DNA from: an uncultured Eubacterium sp.
GTDB lineage: Bacteria > Bacillota > Clostridia > Lachnospirales > Lachnospiraceae
NCBI GenBank assembly: GCA_910586445.1
Contig: CAJUHV010000005.1
Coordinates: forward strand, 6,108-70,107
Direction of reading: 5' to 3'
Length of the DNA: 64,000 bases
A program made the position numbers and the translations under genes. Shown one piece after another: positions 44,209-54,343 of this stretch (positions are counted from its first letter, which is position 1; each line of letters opens with the position of its first letter). Below the pieces are notes generated by a model. It searched no databases. It saw only the letters and a list, made by a program, of their open reading frames with translations, and was not told where the DNA came from.

Positions 44209-47148
44209 TTAGTCTGAACCTGTCACGCCTTTGATTACCGCTTTTAAAAGGTTCATATCAACCGGCTTGCCTACATGCGCATTCATGCCGGCATCCAATG
44301 CGTCTTTGACATCTTCTGAAAATGTATTTGCAGTCATCGCAATAATCGGCACCGTCTCTGCCTGTGGATGGCTGCACCCTCGAATCGCCCTGGTCGCATC
44401 ATATCCATTCATCACAGGCATCTGGACATCCATTAAAATCAGATCGTAATGCCCCGGCTCTGACTGCTCAAACATCTCTAATGCCTCCTGCCCGTTGCCT
44501 GCCCATTCACAGGTTGCACCCGCTATCTTTAACAGCTCCATAAGTATTTCGGCATTCAGCTCAATATCCTCTGCTGCCAGAATATGCATACCCTCAAGCG
44601 TGATCTCCTCATCATCCGGCCCGAATTTTGATTGTGCTTCTTCGCCTGTGCCTTTCATGCTGTCTACAATCATCTTAAAGTTGCTCAGGAAAAACGGCTT
44701 CTGTAAAAATCCGTCAACACCTGCTTTTGTTCCTTCTTCTTCGATACTGCTGATGTCATATGCCGTCAAAATCATAATCGGCACATTTGAAGGAACAATT
44801 TTACGAATGCGGCGTGCTGTTTCAATGCCGCTGATATCCGGCATCTGCCAGTCGATAATCACCAGGTCAAAACCCCTGCCGTCTGCCTCCGCACCCTCTG
44901 CCATTGCTACGGCCTCCTGGCCTCCAAGTGCATACTGGATATTTACGCCGGTTCCGGTCATCGTTTTCTGGACTCCCAGACAGATCTCTTCCTCGTCATC
45001 TACTACCAGAAGATGTGTCACGCCATGCTTGATCCAGAACTCAGGATCTACATTCTGCTCTTTAATCCGCAGCTCTAATACAAGCGTAAACGTGCTGCCA
45101 TGATCCAGCTCACTTTCTACACTGATCGTACCGCCCATAAGGTCTATCAGATTTTTCGTAATTGCCATGCCAAGGCCCGTACCCTGTATGCCGGCTGTCT
45201 TTTTACTGCTTTCCCGGCTGAACGGCTGGAAAATTGTCTCCAGATACTCTTCTGACATGCCGATACCGTTATCCTTTATAACAAACCGGAAACGGGCATA
45301 GTTTTTCGTATGCTGCGGCAGCTGCCGGACACTCATCTCTATTTTTCCTCCGTCCGGCGTATATTTTACCGCATTTGACAATATATTAATCAAAATCTGG
45401 TTGATACGCAGGCGGTCTCCGAGTATTTCTTCGTTGCAGACATCGTATACATAGATCCGAAAATCCTGATGCTTTGCTTTTGCCTGCACCTGCATCATGG
45501 CTCCAAGCTCATCTACCACCTCCGCAAGGCTGATTTCAGATATATTTAATGTCGTCTTCCCGCTCTCGATCTTGCTCATATCAAGCACATCATTAATAAG
45601 CCCCAGCAGATGCTGGCTTGAGGATGAGATCTTGCGTGTATACTCGTAAACCCTGTCCGGATCATGCGCATCCCGCTGCAGCAGCGTGGAAAACCCTACA
45701 ATCGCATTCATCGGCGTACGGATATCATGGCTCATATTGCTTAAAAAGACGCTCTTAGACTCATTTGCCGACTTTGCAATCTCAAGTGCATCCATCAGCA
45801 TCTTCTTGCTCTGCTGCTCATGTGTCCGGTCTGACAATACGGCGACAAAACGCGTGGAGCCGTTTGCCTGCGTCTTATACACTGTCTCTAAAAACCATCT
45901 GTGTTCACCGTCCAGTTTGTTAACACGTTCACCTTCGTATGTAATCGATTCTCCGACTGCCAGCCCTTTGATGGAATCATAGATGTCCTCTGCCTTATTA
46001 TCCGAAAAGACCCGGTTTAACATTCGGATATCGCCTTTTACCTCATCTTCCTTTATGCCAAACAGACGCTCAATATTTGGGCTTACATATTCGACCGAAT
46101 AATCATCTGTCGTAAACATCACATATACGTCATTTGTACTGTTTGCCAGAATGCTGCACAAACGCTCCCGGTGCTGGACGTCTTCTTCCTTCTGAAGTAT
46201 CTTTCTGTATGAAATCCGTCCCATATAGATAATCATCACAGTCACGGCAAAGACGCTGCCGAACAATACCATGAATGTCCTCGAACTGTTTAAAATTTCT
46301 TCTCCATGCTTCATAATGACCGCATCCGGCACGACTGCTACCAAAGACCAGCCGTCCGAGCCTTTAATTGACGTAAATGCCAATACCGTCTCTTCTCCGT
46401 CTAAGTTGAACCTTCCGGCCTCCTCCTGCCCGAGCTTCATTCTGTCATGGAATTCCTGGATCTGCCCCTGGTCATTGCCGGACTCGGCAAGCATTGTCAA
46501 AATATTGGAAAATGGACTTTTACTGCTCTGCTTGGACGAATGCACTAAAATATCCCCGTCACCATTTGTAATATAAGAATAGCCTGCCTGATCGTAAAAA
46601 GTAAGTATAAACTCTTCTTCTACTACAGATAACTTTCTTTTTACCTGCACAATGCCGCGCACGCCGTCTGCAAACGCAAACTCCTGATAACCACCGATAA
46701 TCTGCTGCCCGGTGGCTTCGTCTATAAAAGGCTCGCGGATTCCCTTTCCACTGCCTGTTTTGTATACTGCCAGCTCATCTTCTGACAATTTTCGTCTGTC
46801 CGTATCTACATCCGCATACAGATGCCTGTCATCCTCGTTCATCACATCAAAACTGACAAAGTCATCTTCAAATACTTCTACGACATGGCGGATTGCAGCT
46901 TCATCCTTTGATTTTTCTTTCGAGAGATTCTTTACGACCTTGGAAAGTATCTGCATATCTTTTTCAATATATACTTCAAATGCATGGCTGCCCTGCGAGG
47001 TCACTTCCAGAATCTCTGAAACTGCCTGCTGCCAGATCGCCCTCTGCATACCGGTTATATAGCGCACGATTCCTATTGTCAATATGACTGCCACTAAAAT
47101 AATCGGAACCATAATTTTCAGCTGTTCGTTATTTTTTTTCATATACAC
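44209..47148 (-). CDS. hybrid sensor histidine kinase (TM, Cache-like, TM, PAS, HisKA, HATPase_c, two REC)
   Basis: H-box [24 protein letters not shown], and two receivers (DWQMPDISG and LMDVQMPVMNG). Confidence 0.85.
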   Translation of the reverse strand: MYMKKNNEQLKIMVPIILVAVILTIGIVRYITGMQRAIWQQAVSEILEVTSQGSHAFEVYIEKDMQILSKVVKNLSKEKSKDEAAIRHVVEVFEDDFVSFDVMNEDDRHLYADVDTDRRKLSEDELAVYKTGSGKGIREPFIDEATGQQIIGGYQEFAFADGVRGIVQVKRKLSVVEEEFILTFYDQAGYSYITNGDGDILVHSSKQSSKSPFSNILTMLAESGNDQGQIQEFHDRMKLGQEEAGRFNLDGEETVLAFTSIKGSDGWSLVAVVPDAVIMKHGEEILNSSRTFMVLFGSVFAVTVMIIYMGRISYRKILQKEEDVQHRERLCSILANSTNDVYVMFTTDDYSVEYVSPNIERLFGIKEDEVKGDIRMLNRVFSDNKAEDIYDSIKGLAVGESITYEGERVNKLDGEHRWFLETVYKTQANGSTRFVAVLSDRTHEQQSKKMLMDALEIAKSANESKSVFLSNMSHDIRTPMNAIVGFSTLLQRDAHDPDRVYEYTRKISSSSQHLLGLINDVLDMSKIESGKTTLNISEISLAEVVDELGAMMQVQAKAKHQDFRIYVYDVCNEEILGDRLRINQILINILSNAVKYTPDGGKIEMSVRQLPQHTKNYARFRFVIKDNGIGMSEEYLETIFQPFSRESSKKTAGIQGTGLGMAITKNLIDLMGGTISVESELDHGSTFTLVLELRIKEQNVDPEFWIKHGVTHLLVVDDEEEICLGVQKTMTGTGVNIQYALGGQEAVAMAEGAEADGRGFDLVIIDWQMPDISGIETARRIRKIVPSNVPIMILTAYDISSIEEEGTKAGVDGFLQKPFFLSNFKMIVDSMKGTGEEAQSKFGPDDEEITLEGMHILAAEDIELNAEILMELLKIAGATCEWAGNGQEALEMFEQSEPGHYDLILMDVQMPVMNGYDATRAIRGCSHPQAETVPIIAMTANTFSEDVKDALDAGMNAHVGKPVDMNLLKAVIKGVTGSD

Positions 47149-47166
47149 ACCTATTCCTAATACACT

Positions 47167-49332
47167 CTAAGAAAGATACTGCCTCATTACATTTTCAATC
47201 GGTCCCATGTCGATCGGCTTTGCAATATGGCCGTTCATGCCTGCATTTTTAGAATTTTCCACATCCTGTGCCAGTGCATTGGCAGACAGCGCAAAAATCG
47301 GGATTTTTCCTGCATCTTGTCTGTCCATTCCCCGGATCTGGCGCGTCGCTTCATATCCGTCCATCACAGGCATCTGAATATCCATAAAAATCAGGTCATA
47401 ATATCCGCACGGCTTTTCGCGTACCATCTGCACGGCCTCCTGCCCGTTATAAGCCTTCTCTATCTGCACGCCTGTAGTGCTCAGCATAGCTTCTGCGATT
47501 TCCATATTCAGCTCCACATCTTCTACGATGAGAATCCGTTTATCTGCGTAATCATCCTCTTCCTCTGACTGTACCCCCTGCGCTGCCTCAGATTCGGCAG
47601 CCACATCCTGCTGTGCGCTTTCACAGATTTTAAGCGGCAGGCTCACCGTAAACACAGACCCTTTACCCGGCTCGCTGTCTATCGTAATGCTGCCTCCCAT
47701 CAGATCCAGCAGGCCTTTTGTAATCGCAAGCCCTACTCCTATGCCGGCAATTCCGCTCACAGTCGTATTCTGCTGCCTTACAAATGACTGGAATATCTTT
47801 TCCAAAAAATCTTTCTCTATGCCTATGCCGGTATCCGTACAGCTGAAACAGTAAACTGCATGCCCGTTCTCAATTTTGCTTATCTGCGACAGCTCCAGAT
47901 AGACATGCCCTCCCGTCTGCGTATATTTTATGGCATTGTTGATAATATTTATAAAAATCTGCCGGATACGTAGTGCATCCGCGGAAACCATCTCATTTTC
48001 CAAATGGACAGGCGCAGCTTCCATAACGATCCCCGCCTCTTTCGACACAGTCTCCATCAGGTCTATGACTTCTTCATACAGACAGACAAAATTCATATTA
48101 TCTTCTTTTAATATGATCCTGCCGTCATTGATCTGTGCCATATCCAGCACATCATTGACAAGGCTTAAAAGATGCTTTCCTGACTTGTTGATTTTTTCCA
48201 GGCACTCCTGCATCTTTGCCTGATCATCTGTGCTGTCTCTCGCAATTACGGTCATCCCGATTATCGCATTTAACGGTGTCCGGATATCATGGGACATGTT
48301 CATTAAAAACTGCCCCCTCACCTTATTTGCCTCATCCGCTTTATCCAGCGCCGCACAGAGCTCTATCGTATGTGCCCTGCTTTCCCGCATTTTAATACCA
48401 TAAAAAGCTGCGGCAATCAAAAGGACAATTATCACAACCATGCCGGCAAACACCATTATTTTCTGCAGAATGCTTTTCTCCTGCCCTGCAATCATATACT
48501 CTGGTACAACAGATACTAAAAGCCATCCGGCATCTGCCCAAAGCGGCTCATAGCAAAAGATCAGGCCGTCTCCCTGGTCTGTGAATTCGGCCCATCCCGA
48601 TCGATTTTCAGAGATGTTTTCTTTTAATAATTTTATTTGATCCGAGCCATTTTCATCTTCAGAAATCATTTCATATAAATTAGATATTGTATTTTCGCTG
48701 TTTTTATGATGTGAACGCACCATAATCTTTCCTGTCTGATTTACCAGATAGGAAAATCCCGTATTATCATAAAATGTCAGTGTAAACTGTTCCGAAAACT
48801 CTTTTGCACGGTACTCCTTTACCAGATATCCCGTGCCGATATCTGCCAGGACAGTCCGTTCAAATATATAGAATACATTTTCCCCTGTCATACTGTTCAC
48901 ATGCGAATCAGCAATTCCCCGTTCCTTTTCTGTTTCATCTAAAAAACTACAGATCGTTTCATCAAGCTGTGCTGCTCTTTGAAAATTGCCTGCCGCATTA
49001 TTCAGCCGCCCGATATCTTTATTTGGATTTTGGCCGGCAGGCAGATACACGATCACATCAGGCTCCATCATAGCACACAATCCTGCTGTTTCTTTCAGCC
49101 CGTCTACGCCTGCCTCTGCTAAGACCTTTTTGATCCTCCCAAGCTCCGCAAAATCTTTTGCAATCTGTATATTTACCGTATTTGCTCCCTGACGTGTATT
49201 TTCTTTTATAATTTCAATGGAATTCATCCGCAGCTCTCTGCGGACCCCACGCGCAAACAGCCAGCCGCATGCTGCCAGCAAAATCAACAGCACAATGATC
49301 ACAATAACATGTATATCGTTTTTCTTCTTCAT
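47167..49332 (-). CDS. hybrid sensor histidine kinase (TM, Cache-like, TM, HisKA, HATPase_c, one REC)
   Basis: H-box [24 protein letters not shown], and a receiver with FMDIQMPVMDG. Confidence 0.85.
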   Translation of the reverse strand: MKKKNDIHVIVIIVLLILLAACGWLFARGVRRELRMNSIEIIKENTRQGANTVNIQIAKDFAELGRIKKVLAEAGVDGLKETAGLCAMMEPDVIVYLPAGQNPNKDIGRLNNAAGNFQRAAQLDETICSFLDETEKERGIADSHVNSMTGENVFYIFERTVLADIGTGYLVKEYRAKEFSEQFTLTFYDNTGFSYLVNQTGKIMVRSHHKNSENTISNLYEMISEDENGSDQIKLLKENISENRSGWAEFTDQGDGLIFCYEPLWADAGWLLVSVVPEYMIAGQEKSILQKIMVFAGMVVIIVLLIAAAFYGIKMRESRAHTIELCAALDKADEANKVRGQFLMNMSHDIRTPLNAIIGMTVIARDSTDDQAKMQECLEKINKSGKHLLSLVNDVLDMAQINDGRIILKEDNMNFVCLYEEVIDLMETVSKEAGIVMEAAPVHLENEMVSADALRIRQIFINIINNAIKYTQTGGHVYLELSQISKIENGHAVYCFSCTDTGIGIEKDFLEKIFQSFVRQQNTTVSGIAGIGVGLAITKGLLDLMGGSITIDSEPGKGSVFTVSLPLKICESAQQDVAAESEAAQGVQSEEEDDYADKRILIVEDVELNMEIAEAMLSTTGVQIEKAYNGQEAVQMVREKPCGYYDLIFMDIQMPVMDGYEATRQIRGMDRQDAGKIPIFALSANALAQDVENSKNAGMNGHIAKPIDMGPIENVMRQYLS

Positions 49333-49433
49333 AATATATATTTATCCATCCACCATAATCGCCTTGCTCAAACCTATTTTAGCACTCCCATCCCATAAAA
49401 TCAATTTATTTTCTGTTCCGTATCAAATTTTGC

Positions 49434-49475
49434 AAAAAAACCAGGGCTTTGCAGAACAATCATTCTGCAAAGCCC
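49434..49475 (-). terminator. intrinsic terminator downstream of hsp20
   Basis: Minus-strand RNA reads GGGCUUUGCAGAA-UGAUUG-UUCUGCAAAGCCC followed by UGGUUUUUUUG. Confidence 0.8.
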
Positions 49476-49519
49476 CAACCCTTTATCGTTTATTCAGAAG
49501 TATTTTTCGTGCTTTTTCT

Positions 49520-49963
49520 TTATCCCTCAATCGCAATATATCTGCTCTCTTCGACTTCCGGCTTAGCCAGCTTCTTAGGAACTGTTACTTTTAAAATACC
49601 GTCTTCAAATCTGGCCCTGACCTCCTCCTGTGTCACCGCACTGCCTACATAAAAGCTTCTGCTGCATGAGCCAAAATACCGCTCCCTGCGGATATATTTT
49701 CCATTTTCGTCTTTCTCTCCGCTATCCTCATTCTTAGAAGCGCTGATTGTCAGATATCCCTCCTTCAGCTCTGCCTTGACATCTTCTTTCTTATAGCCCG
49801 GCAGGTTGATATCCAGTTCATAGCCTGCCGCAGTTTCTTTTACGTCTGTCTGCATAACGCTGCCGGATGGGGCATCGTATCTCATCAGGGATCTTGCCGG
49901 ACGGGCAAAATCATTAAAAAAATCATCAAATAAATTTTCTCCAAAAATACTAGGCATTAACAT
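49520..49963 (-). CDS. Hsp20/alpha-crystallin family small heat-shock protein
   Basis: Alpha-crystallin domain (GYELDINLPGYKKEDVKAELKEGYLTISA...RERYFGSCSRSF). Start set at the ATG at 49963 (MLMPSIF), which follows GGAGGAA. Confidence 0.88.
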   Translation of the reverse strand: MLMPSIFGENLFDDFFNDFARPARSLMRYDAPSGSVMQTDVKETAAGYELDINLPGYKKEDVKAELKEGYLTISASKNEDSGEKDENGKYIRRERYFGSCSRSFYVGSAVTQEEVRARFEDGILKVTVPKKLAKPEVEESRYIAIEG

Positions 49964-50048
49964 AGTTCGTTCCTCCATTCTTATAATAGGCAGCTGCGCT
50001 GTCGTAAATATCTTGTTCTTTGTTACAACTATGTTATACCACTTTTAT

Positions 50049-50075
50049 TAGCACTCGTCAATATCGAGTGCTAAT
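50049..50075. promoter_or_regulatory. perfect CIRCE element (HrcA operator) overlapping the hsp20 promoter
   Basis: TTAGCACTC-N9-GAGTGCTAA exactly. On the minus strand a TTGACG -35 sits in the CIRCE loop/right arm, with TATAAC 17 nt downstream. Confidence 0.85.
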
Positions 50076-50176
50076 AATTTCTGTGAACTTTTTGTGAAAT
50101 CAGATAATTTTGTCATACTACAGTAACATGATCTCCAGCCCTGCGTTTTTTATACACTTTAAAGACATCCTCTGCA

Positions 50177-52447
50177 TTATACTTTGTCGATCTTAATCAG
50201 CTTCGCATTCAGGCTCTCCAAAAATCCTTCCGGCACCATAGCGCTGCCCATATCACACATAGCCTGCGGCGTCATCTTCTTCATCATATCCCACATTCCT
50301 TCTCCCGGAACTACCTTCATATTCATCGAGAGCTTGACTGCTTCTGTTACTAATGCCATAGCCTCCTGCGAATGCGAGATTTCTTCAATAGAATACTTGA
50401 TATTATATTTTCCTTCCGGGAATTCCATTGGAGCACTAAGATCTAAGTCGCCTGCGAGCTTAAACCAGTTTGCAACTCCTTCTGCCCTCTCGTTTACTTC
50501 CGGCAGTACATAAATCGAAGGCTCTTTTTCTACCTTTTCCAGCGTCATGCTGTCTATCAGATCTCCCGCAGCCGCTGTCACGATATTCAGCCCGTCTTCC
50601 AGTGCCACGTCAAATACAAATACCTTTTCCGCAGCCTTTTCCTCTGCCAGCTTTCCATTGATATACAAGGCTACCGACGGCTGGTTCGAATATACCCTGA
50701 TCTGTGTCGTATCTCCCGCACGCTGTGCATAACGCCTTCCGCACAGATGCAGCACCGGAGATTTGCTCCAGTATGCCTGATATACGTAGTAGCTGTCCTT
50801 CTTTGTCTTGCGGTCCATGGTGACAAGCCCTTTGTTATTCCTGCCTGCTACGCCGCCCTCATCACGTGCCGCGCATCCAAAGTCAAACATGTTCCATACA
50901 TGGCTGGACCAGATCCAAGGACGCTCATCCAGCACCTTTGCCATATGCTCATGATACAGTGCCTGATATTCTTCACTGTAGTCCTTGCATGCCGGACTGC
51001 TGCCATGGTATGTAATAATGCCCTCGCATCCATACTCAGACAGTCCGAGGCAGATATCCGGGTGCACTTTATGGAAGTTGTCCATCCATGGCCCGTTGTC
51101 TTCCATCCTGCCGCCATACCAGCCAAAGTAGTGGTTATAGCTCTCTACATCTGTGATCTTATGCATCGGGCCTTCCACCGGAGTCATGGATACATGTGCA
51201 ATTGTCGTCAGACGTGTCGGGTCCAGTTCTTTACACAGTTTCTGCAGCTCCTTGTGGTTTTCTACCAGCTGGTCCGAAATTCCGCCGATTAAAATCTCAT
51301 TGGAAATGCCCCAGAAGCAGATCGAAGGGTGATTGTAATTTTGTATGATCAGTTCTTTCATCTGGCTGATACAGTTTTCATGTGCAGCCGGGTCCTGATT
51401 CATTACGCTGATAAACGGAATCTCCGCCCATATAATAAATCCTAACTCGTCACAGGCATCGTAAAAATCCTGTGAATGCTGATAATGTGCCAGACGTATT
51501 GTATTTGCCCCAAGCTCTTTAATAATGCGGGCATCTTCATAATGATCCTCTTTTGTAAGCGCATTGCCTTTGTACAGCTTGTCCTGATGACGGCTGACAC
51601 CACGCAGCGGTGTTTCCACGCCATTTATAATAAATCCTTTGTCCGGGTCACAAGAAAAGCTGCGAACACCTGCTTTTACCTGAATCTCGTCATAGGCTTC
51701 GTTTCTTCTCTGCAGTACAGCTACGACTGTATACAGATATGGATGGTCAATCTCCCATCTTACGGCATCCGGCACAAATACTGTCACCTTCGTATCATCT
51801 GCAGGACGTACGGCTGAAGCAGCCTCGTTTCCATCTGCATCCAATACGGTATACAATACAGTAAAGTTCTCATCTGCATTCTTTACCCATGCCTGCATTT
51901 CAAATGTCGCACCGCCGGACTCCTCACAAGGCTTCGGTGTCACCATAAGCCCCGGCCCGCCATAATAATCCAGGTCAAAATGCACATTCGGCACGCTGAT
52001 TAAATTAACGCCGCGGTATAGTCCGCCGTAGAATGTAAAATCCGCTGACTGCGGATATACGCTGTCTTTATGTTCATTGCTGCAGGCAACTGCCAGCAGG
52101 TTCTCCCCCTCGTCTTTACACAGATCCGTAATATCCGCGCGGAATGTAGAATAACCTCCCTCGTGATATACGGCCTCAGTGCCATTCACATATACTGATG
52201 CCTGCTGTCCTGCAGCCGGTATTTCCACATATACCCTGCCGCCTTCCAGAGGCTGCTTCGGCGTATCAAAGCTCTTTGCATACCAGCATTTTTTACGGGC
52301 ATAGCTGCCGTTTCCGTCATGCCCGTCCACTGCATTCCAGGTATGCGGCAGGTCTACGGACGTCCAGTCCGCCGGCAGGCTCTGCGGCAGCCCTGCATCC
52401 TCCTGCTTAAAGCACCAGCCCTGATTCAAGTTAATGATGTTCCTCAT
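50177..52447 (-). CDS. glycoside hydrolase family 2 (beta-galactosidase/beta-glucuronidase-like)
   Basis: NTIRLAHYQHS, acid/base WGISNE, nucleophile region LSEYGCEG. Start set at the ATG at 52447, which follows AAGGAGGAG. Confidence 0.85.
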   Translation of the reverse strand: MRNIINLNQGWCFKQEDAGLPQSLPADWTSVDLPHTWNAVDGHDGNGSYARKKCWYAKSFDTPKQPLEGGRVYVEIPAAGQQASVYVNGTEAVYHEGGYSTFRADITDLCKDEGENLLAVACSNEHKDSVYPQSADFTFYGGLYRGVNLISVPNVHFDLDYYGGPGLMVTPKPCEESGGATFEMQAWVKNADENFTVLYTVLDADGNEAASAVRPADDTKVTVFVPDAVRWEIDHPYLYTVVAVLQRRNEAYDEIQVKAGVRSFSCDPDKGFIINGVETPLRGVSRHQDKLYKGNALTKEDHYEDARIIKELGANTIRLAHYQHSQDFYDACDELGFIIWAEIPFISVMNQDPAAHENCISQMKELIIQNYNHPSICFWGISNEILIGGISDQLVENHKELQKLCKELDPTRLTTIAHVSMTPVEGPMHKITDVESYNHYFGWYGGRMEDNGPWMDNFHKVHPDICLGLSEYGCEGIITYHGSSPACKDYSEEYQALYHEHMAKVLDERPWIWSSHVWNMFDFGCAARDEGGVAGRNNKGLVTMDRKTKKDSYYVYQAYWSKSPVLHLCGRRYAQRAGDTTQIRVYSNQPSVALYINGKLAEEKAAEKVFVFDVALEDGLNIVTAAAGDLIDSMTLEKVEKEPSIYVLPEVNERAEGVANWFKLAGDLDLSAPMEFPEGKYNIKYSIEEISHSQEAMALVTEAVKLSMNMKVVPGEGMWDMMKKMTPQAMCDMGSAMVPEGFLESLNAKLIKIDKV

Positions 52448-52638
52448 AGTAATCTCCTCCTTAGGTTTGTCCTTCACATGTTAAGTACTATTATATCGAT
52501 TTTCTATTTTCATTAAAAGATAGGCTATATAGTGATTATCGTATTTTTTTTAGATGAAAAGGCTAAAATTTCCTTGATTTGTGATATACTAAATGCCGTG
52601 CCGAATCATAGGACAAATTTTTAAGGAGATGAGCCGTA

Positions 52639-53322
52639 TTGAAACATATATTAATTATTGACGATGACATTCATATCTCAAATATGCTAAAGGAGCTGCT
52701 TACAAAAGAAGGGTATGCCGTTTCCCGCGCATATTCCGGCACGGAGGCAGCACTGGCTGTTTCCCATATAAAGCAGGGCAGCACAAGGCCGGACCTGGTG
52801 CTGCTTGACCTGATGCTGCCGGGACTTGACGGAGAGGATGTCCTTCCTCTGCTGAAAGGAATCCCGGTCATAGTCGTCAGTGCAAAAGCAGACTGCGACC
52901 ATAAAGCCGAGCTGCTGTTTGGCGGGGCTGTTGACTATGTGACAAAGCCTTTTCATGCAAAAGAGCTGCTTGCCCGCATTGCCATTCATCTAAGCATAAG
53001 CAGCCATGCTGCCGCCGATACTGCCAGAACACTCGCCTGCGGAAATATTTCCTTATATATGGATACCCACACGGCAGTGCTGAATGACAGGCCCGTCAGG
53101 CTGACCAGAACCGAATACGCGATTTTAAAGCTGCTTATGCGAAATCCCTCACAGGTAATTACCAAGTCCCAGCTTTTAGACCGGATCAGCATGGATACGC
53201 CTGACTGTACCGAAAGCTCTTTAAAAATGCATATTTCAAACCTGCGCCGAAAGCTGCGTGCCGTGGATGACCATGATTACATCGAGGCTGTCTGGGGCAT
53301 CGGGTTCAAGCTGCGGTTATAA
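52639..53322 (+). CDS. OmpR-family response regulator
   Basis: REC (ILIIDDD...LLDLMLPGLDG...VSAK) plus a winged helix (LTRTEYAILKLL...VWGIGFKL). TTG start preceded by AAGGAG. Confidence 0.85.
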   Translation: MKHILIIDDDIHISNMLKELLTKEGYAVSRAYSGTEAALAVSHIKQGSTRPDLVLLDLMLPGLDGEDVLPLLKGIPVIVVSAKADCDHKAELLFGGAVDYVTKPFHAKELLARIAIHLSISSHAAADTARTLACGNISLYMDTHTAVLNDRPVRLTRTEYAILKLLMRNPSQVITKSQLLDRISMDTPDCTESSLKMHISNLRRKLRAVDDHDYIEAVWGIGFKLRL

Positions 53323-53342
53323 GCTGCTGTTTTTTATATAAA

Positions 53343-53400
53343 TCTTTACATTTTCTTTACTGTTTTCTTTACTGCTTTCTTTACGGTCTGGCGCTAAAAT
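53343..53400 (+). promoter_or_regulatory. four direct TCTTTAC repeats next to a -10-like TAAAAT (candidate response-regulator boxes)
   Basis: TCTTTAC at 53343, 53354, 53366 and 53378 (spacing 11, 12 and 12 bp). TAAAAT at 53395..53400. No good -35. Confidence 0.5.
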
Positions 53401-53428
53401 GCCAGCATAAGCAAAGGAGGTCACATAT

Positions 53429-54343
53429 ATGGATTATGTTTTAACAACGAATGCATTAACTAAAAGCTATGGGCATTTTCAGGCACTCCACGGACTGACA
53501 ATGCATGTACCCAAAGGCGCTATATACGGATTTGTCGGCAGAAACGGCTCCGGCAAGACGACGCTGATCCGCTTAATCTGCGGGCTGCAGCATCCTTCAT
53601 CCGGCGATTTTACGCTTTATGGCAGAAAAAATACGGCAGACGACATTAACCGCTCGCGCAGGCGCATCGGGGCTGTCGTAGAGACACCGGCGGTCTATCT
53701 GGATATGACGGCAGAAGAAAACCTAAAAATGCAGTACCGCATACTCGGGCTGCCGTCTCTGGACGGGCTGACTGACGTTCTGCGTATCGTAGGACTGGAG
53801 CATGCCGGGAAAAAGAAGGCAAAAAACTTTTCCCTGGGCATGCGCCAGCGCCTCGGCATCGCCATTGCCCTGGCAGGCTCTCCCGACTTTTTAATACTCG
53901 ATGAGCCTGCAAACGGCCTAGATCCGCAGGGCATTATCGAAATGCGGGAGCTGATCTTAAAGCTCAGCCGTGAACAGCAGATTACGATACTTGTATCCAG
54001 CCATATTTTGGATGAGCTGTCCAGATTTGCAACCCATTACGGATTTATCGACAGCGGACGCCTTGTAAAAGAAATCAGCGCGGCTGAGCTGGACGCCGCG
54101 TGCCGCAAATGCACGCGCCTGGAAGTAAACAGCACCAGACCGCTGGCACGCATACTGGAATCGTTAAACATCGAATACAAAATACTGTCAGAAACGCAGG
54201 CTGACCTGTTTACAAAAATAAATGTCTCACAGTTATCCAATGCACTGTCTGCGGAAGGCTGCGAAATATTGTCCATGCATGAGCATGACGAAAGCCTGGA
54301 AAGCTATTATATGAATCTGGTGGGAGGTAATCGAAATGAATAA
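53429..54343 (+). CDS. ABC transporter ATP-binding protein (ABC-2 / peptide-immunity type)
   Basis: Walker A GRNGSGKTT, signature FSLGMRQR, Walker B FLILDEP. Confidence 0.9.
   Translation: MDYVLTTNALTKSYGHFQALHGLTMHVPKGAIYGFVGRNGSGKTTLIRLICGLQHPSSGDFTLYGRKNTADDINRSRRRIGAVVETPAVYLDMTAEENLKMQYRILGLPSLDGLTDVLRIVGLEHAGKKKAKNFSLGMRQRLGIAIALAGSPDFLILDEPANGLDPQGIIEMRELILKLSREQQITILVSSHILDELSRFATHYGFIDSGRLVKEISAAELDAACRKCTRLEVNSTRPLARILESLNIEYKILSETQADLFTKINVSQLSNALSAEGCEILSMHEHDESLESYYMNLVGGNRNE

Noticed and set aside
49379-49387. TTAGCACTC half-CIRCE upstream of the 721-aa hybrid kinase
   Set aside because: No GAGTGCTAA partner occurs at the 9-nt spacing, so a single 9-mer is most likely a chance match.
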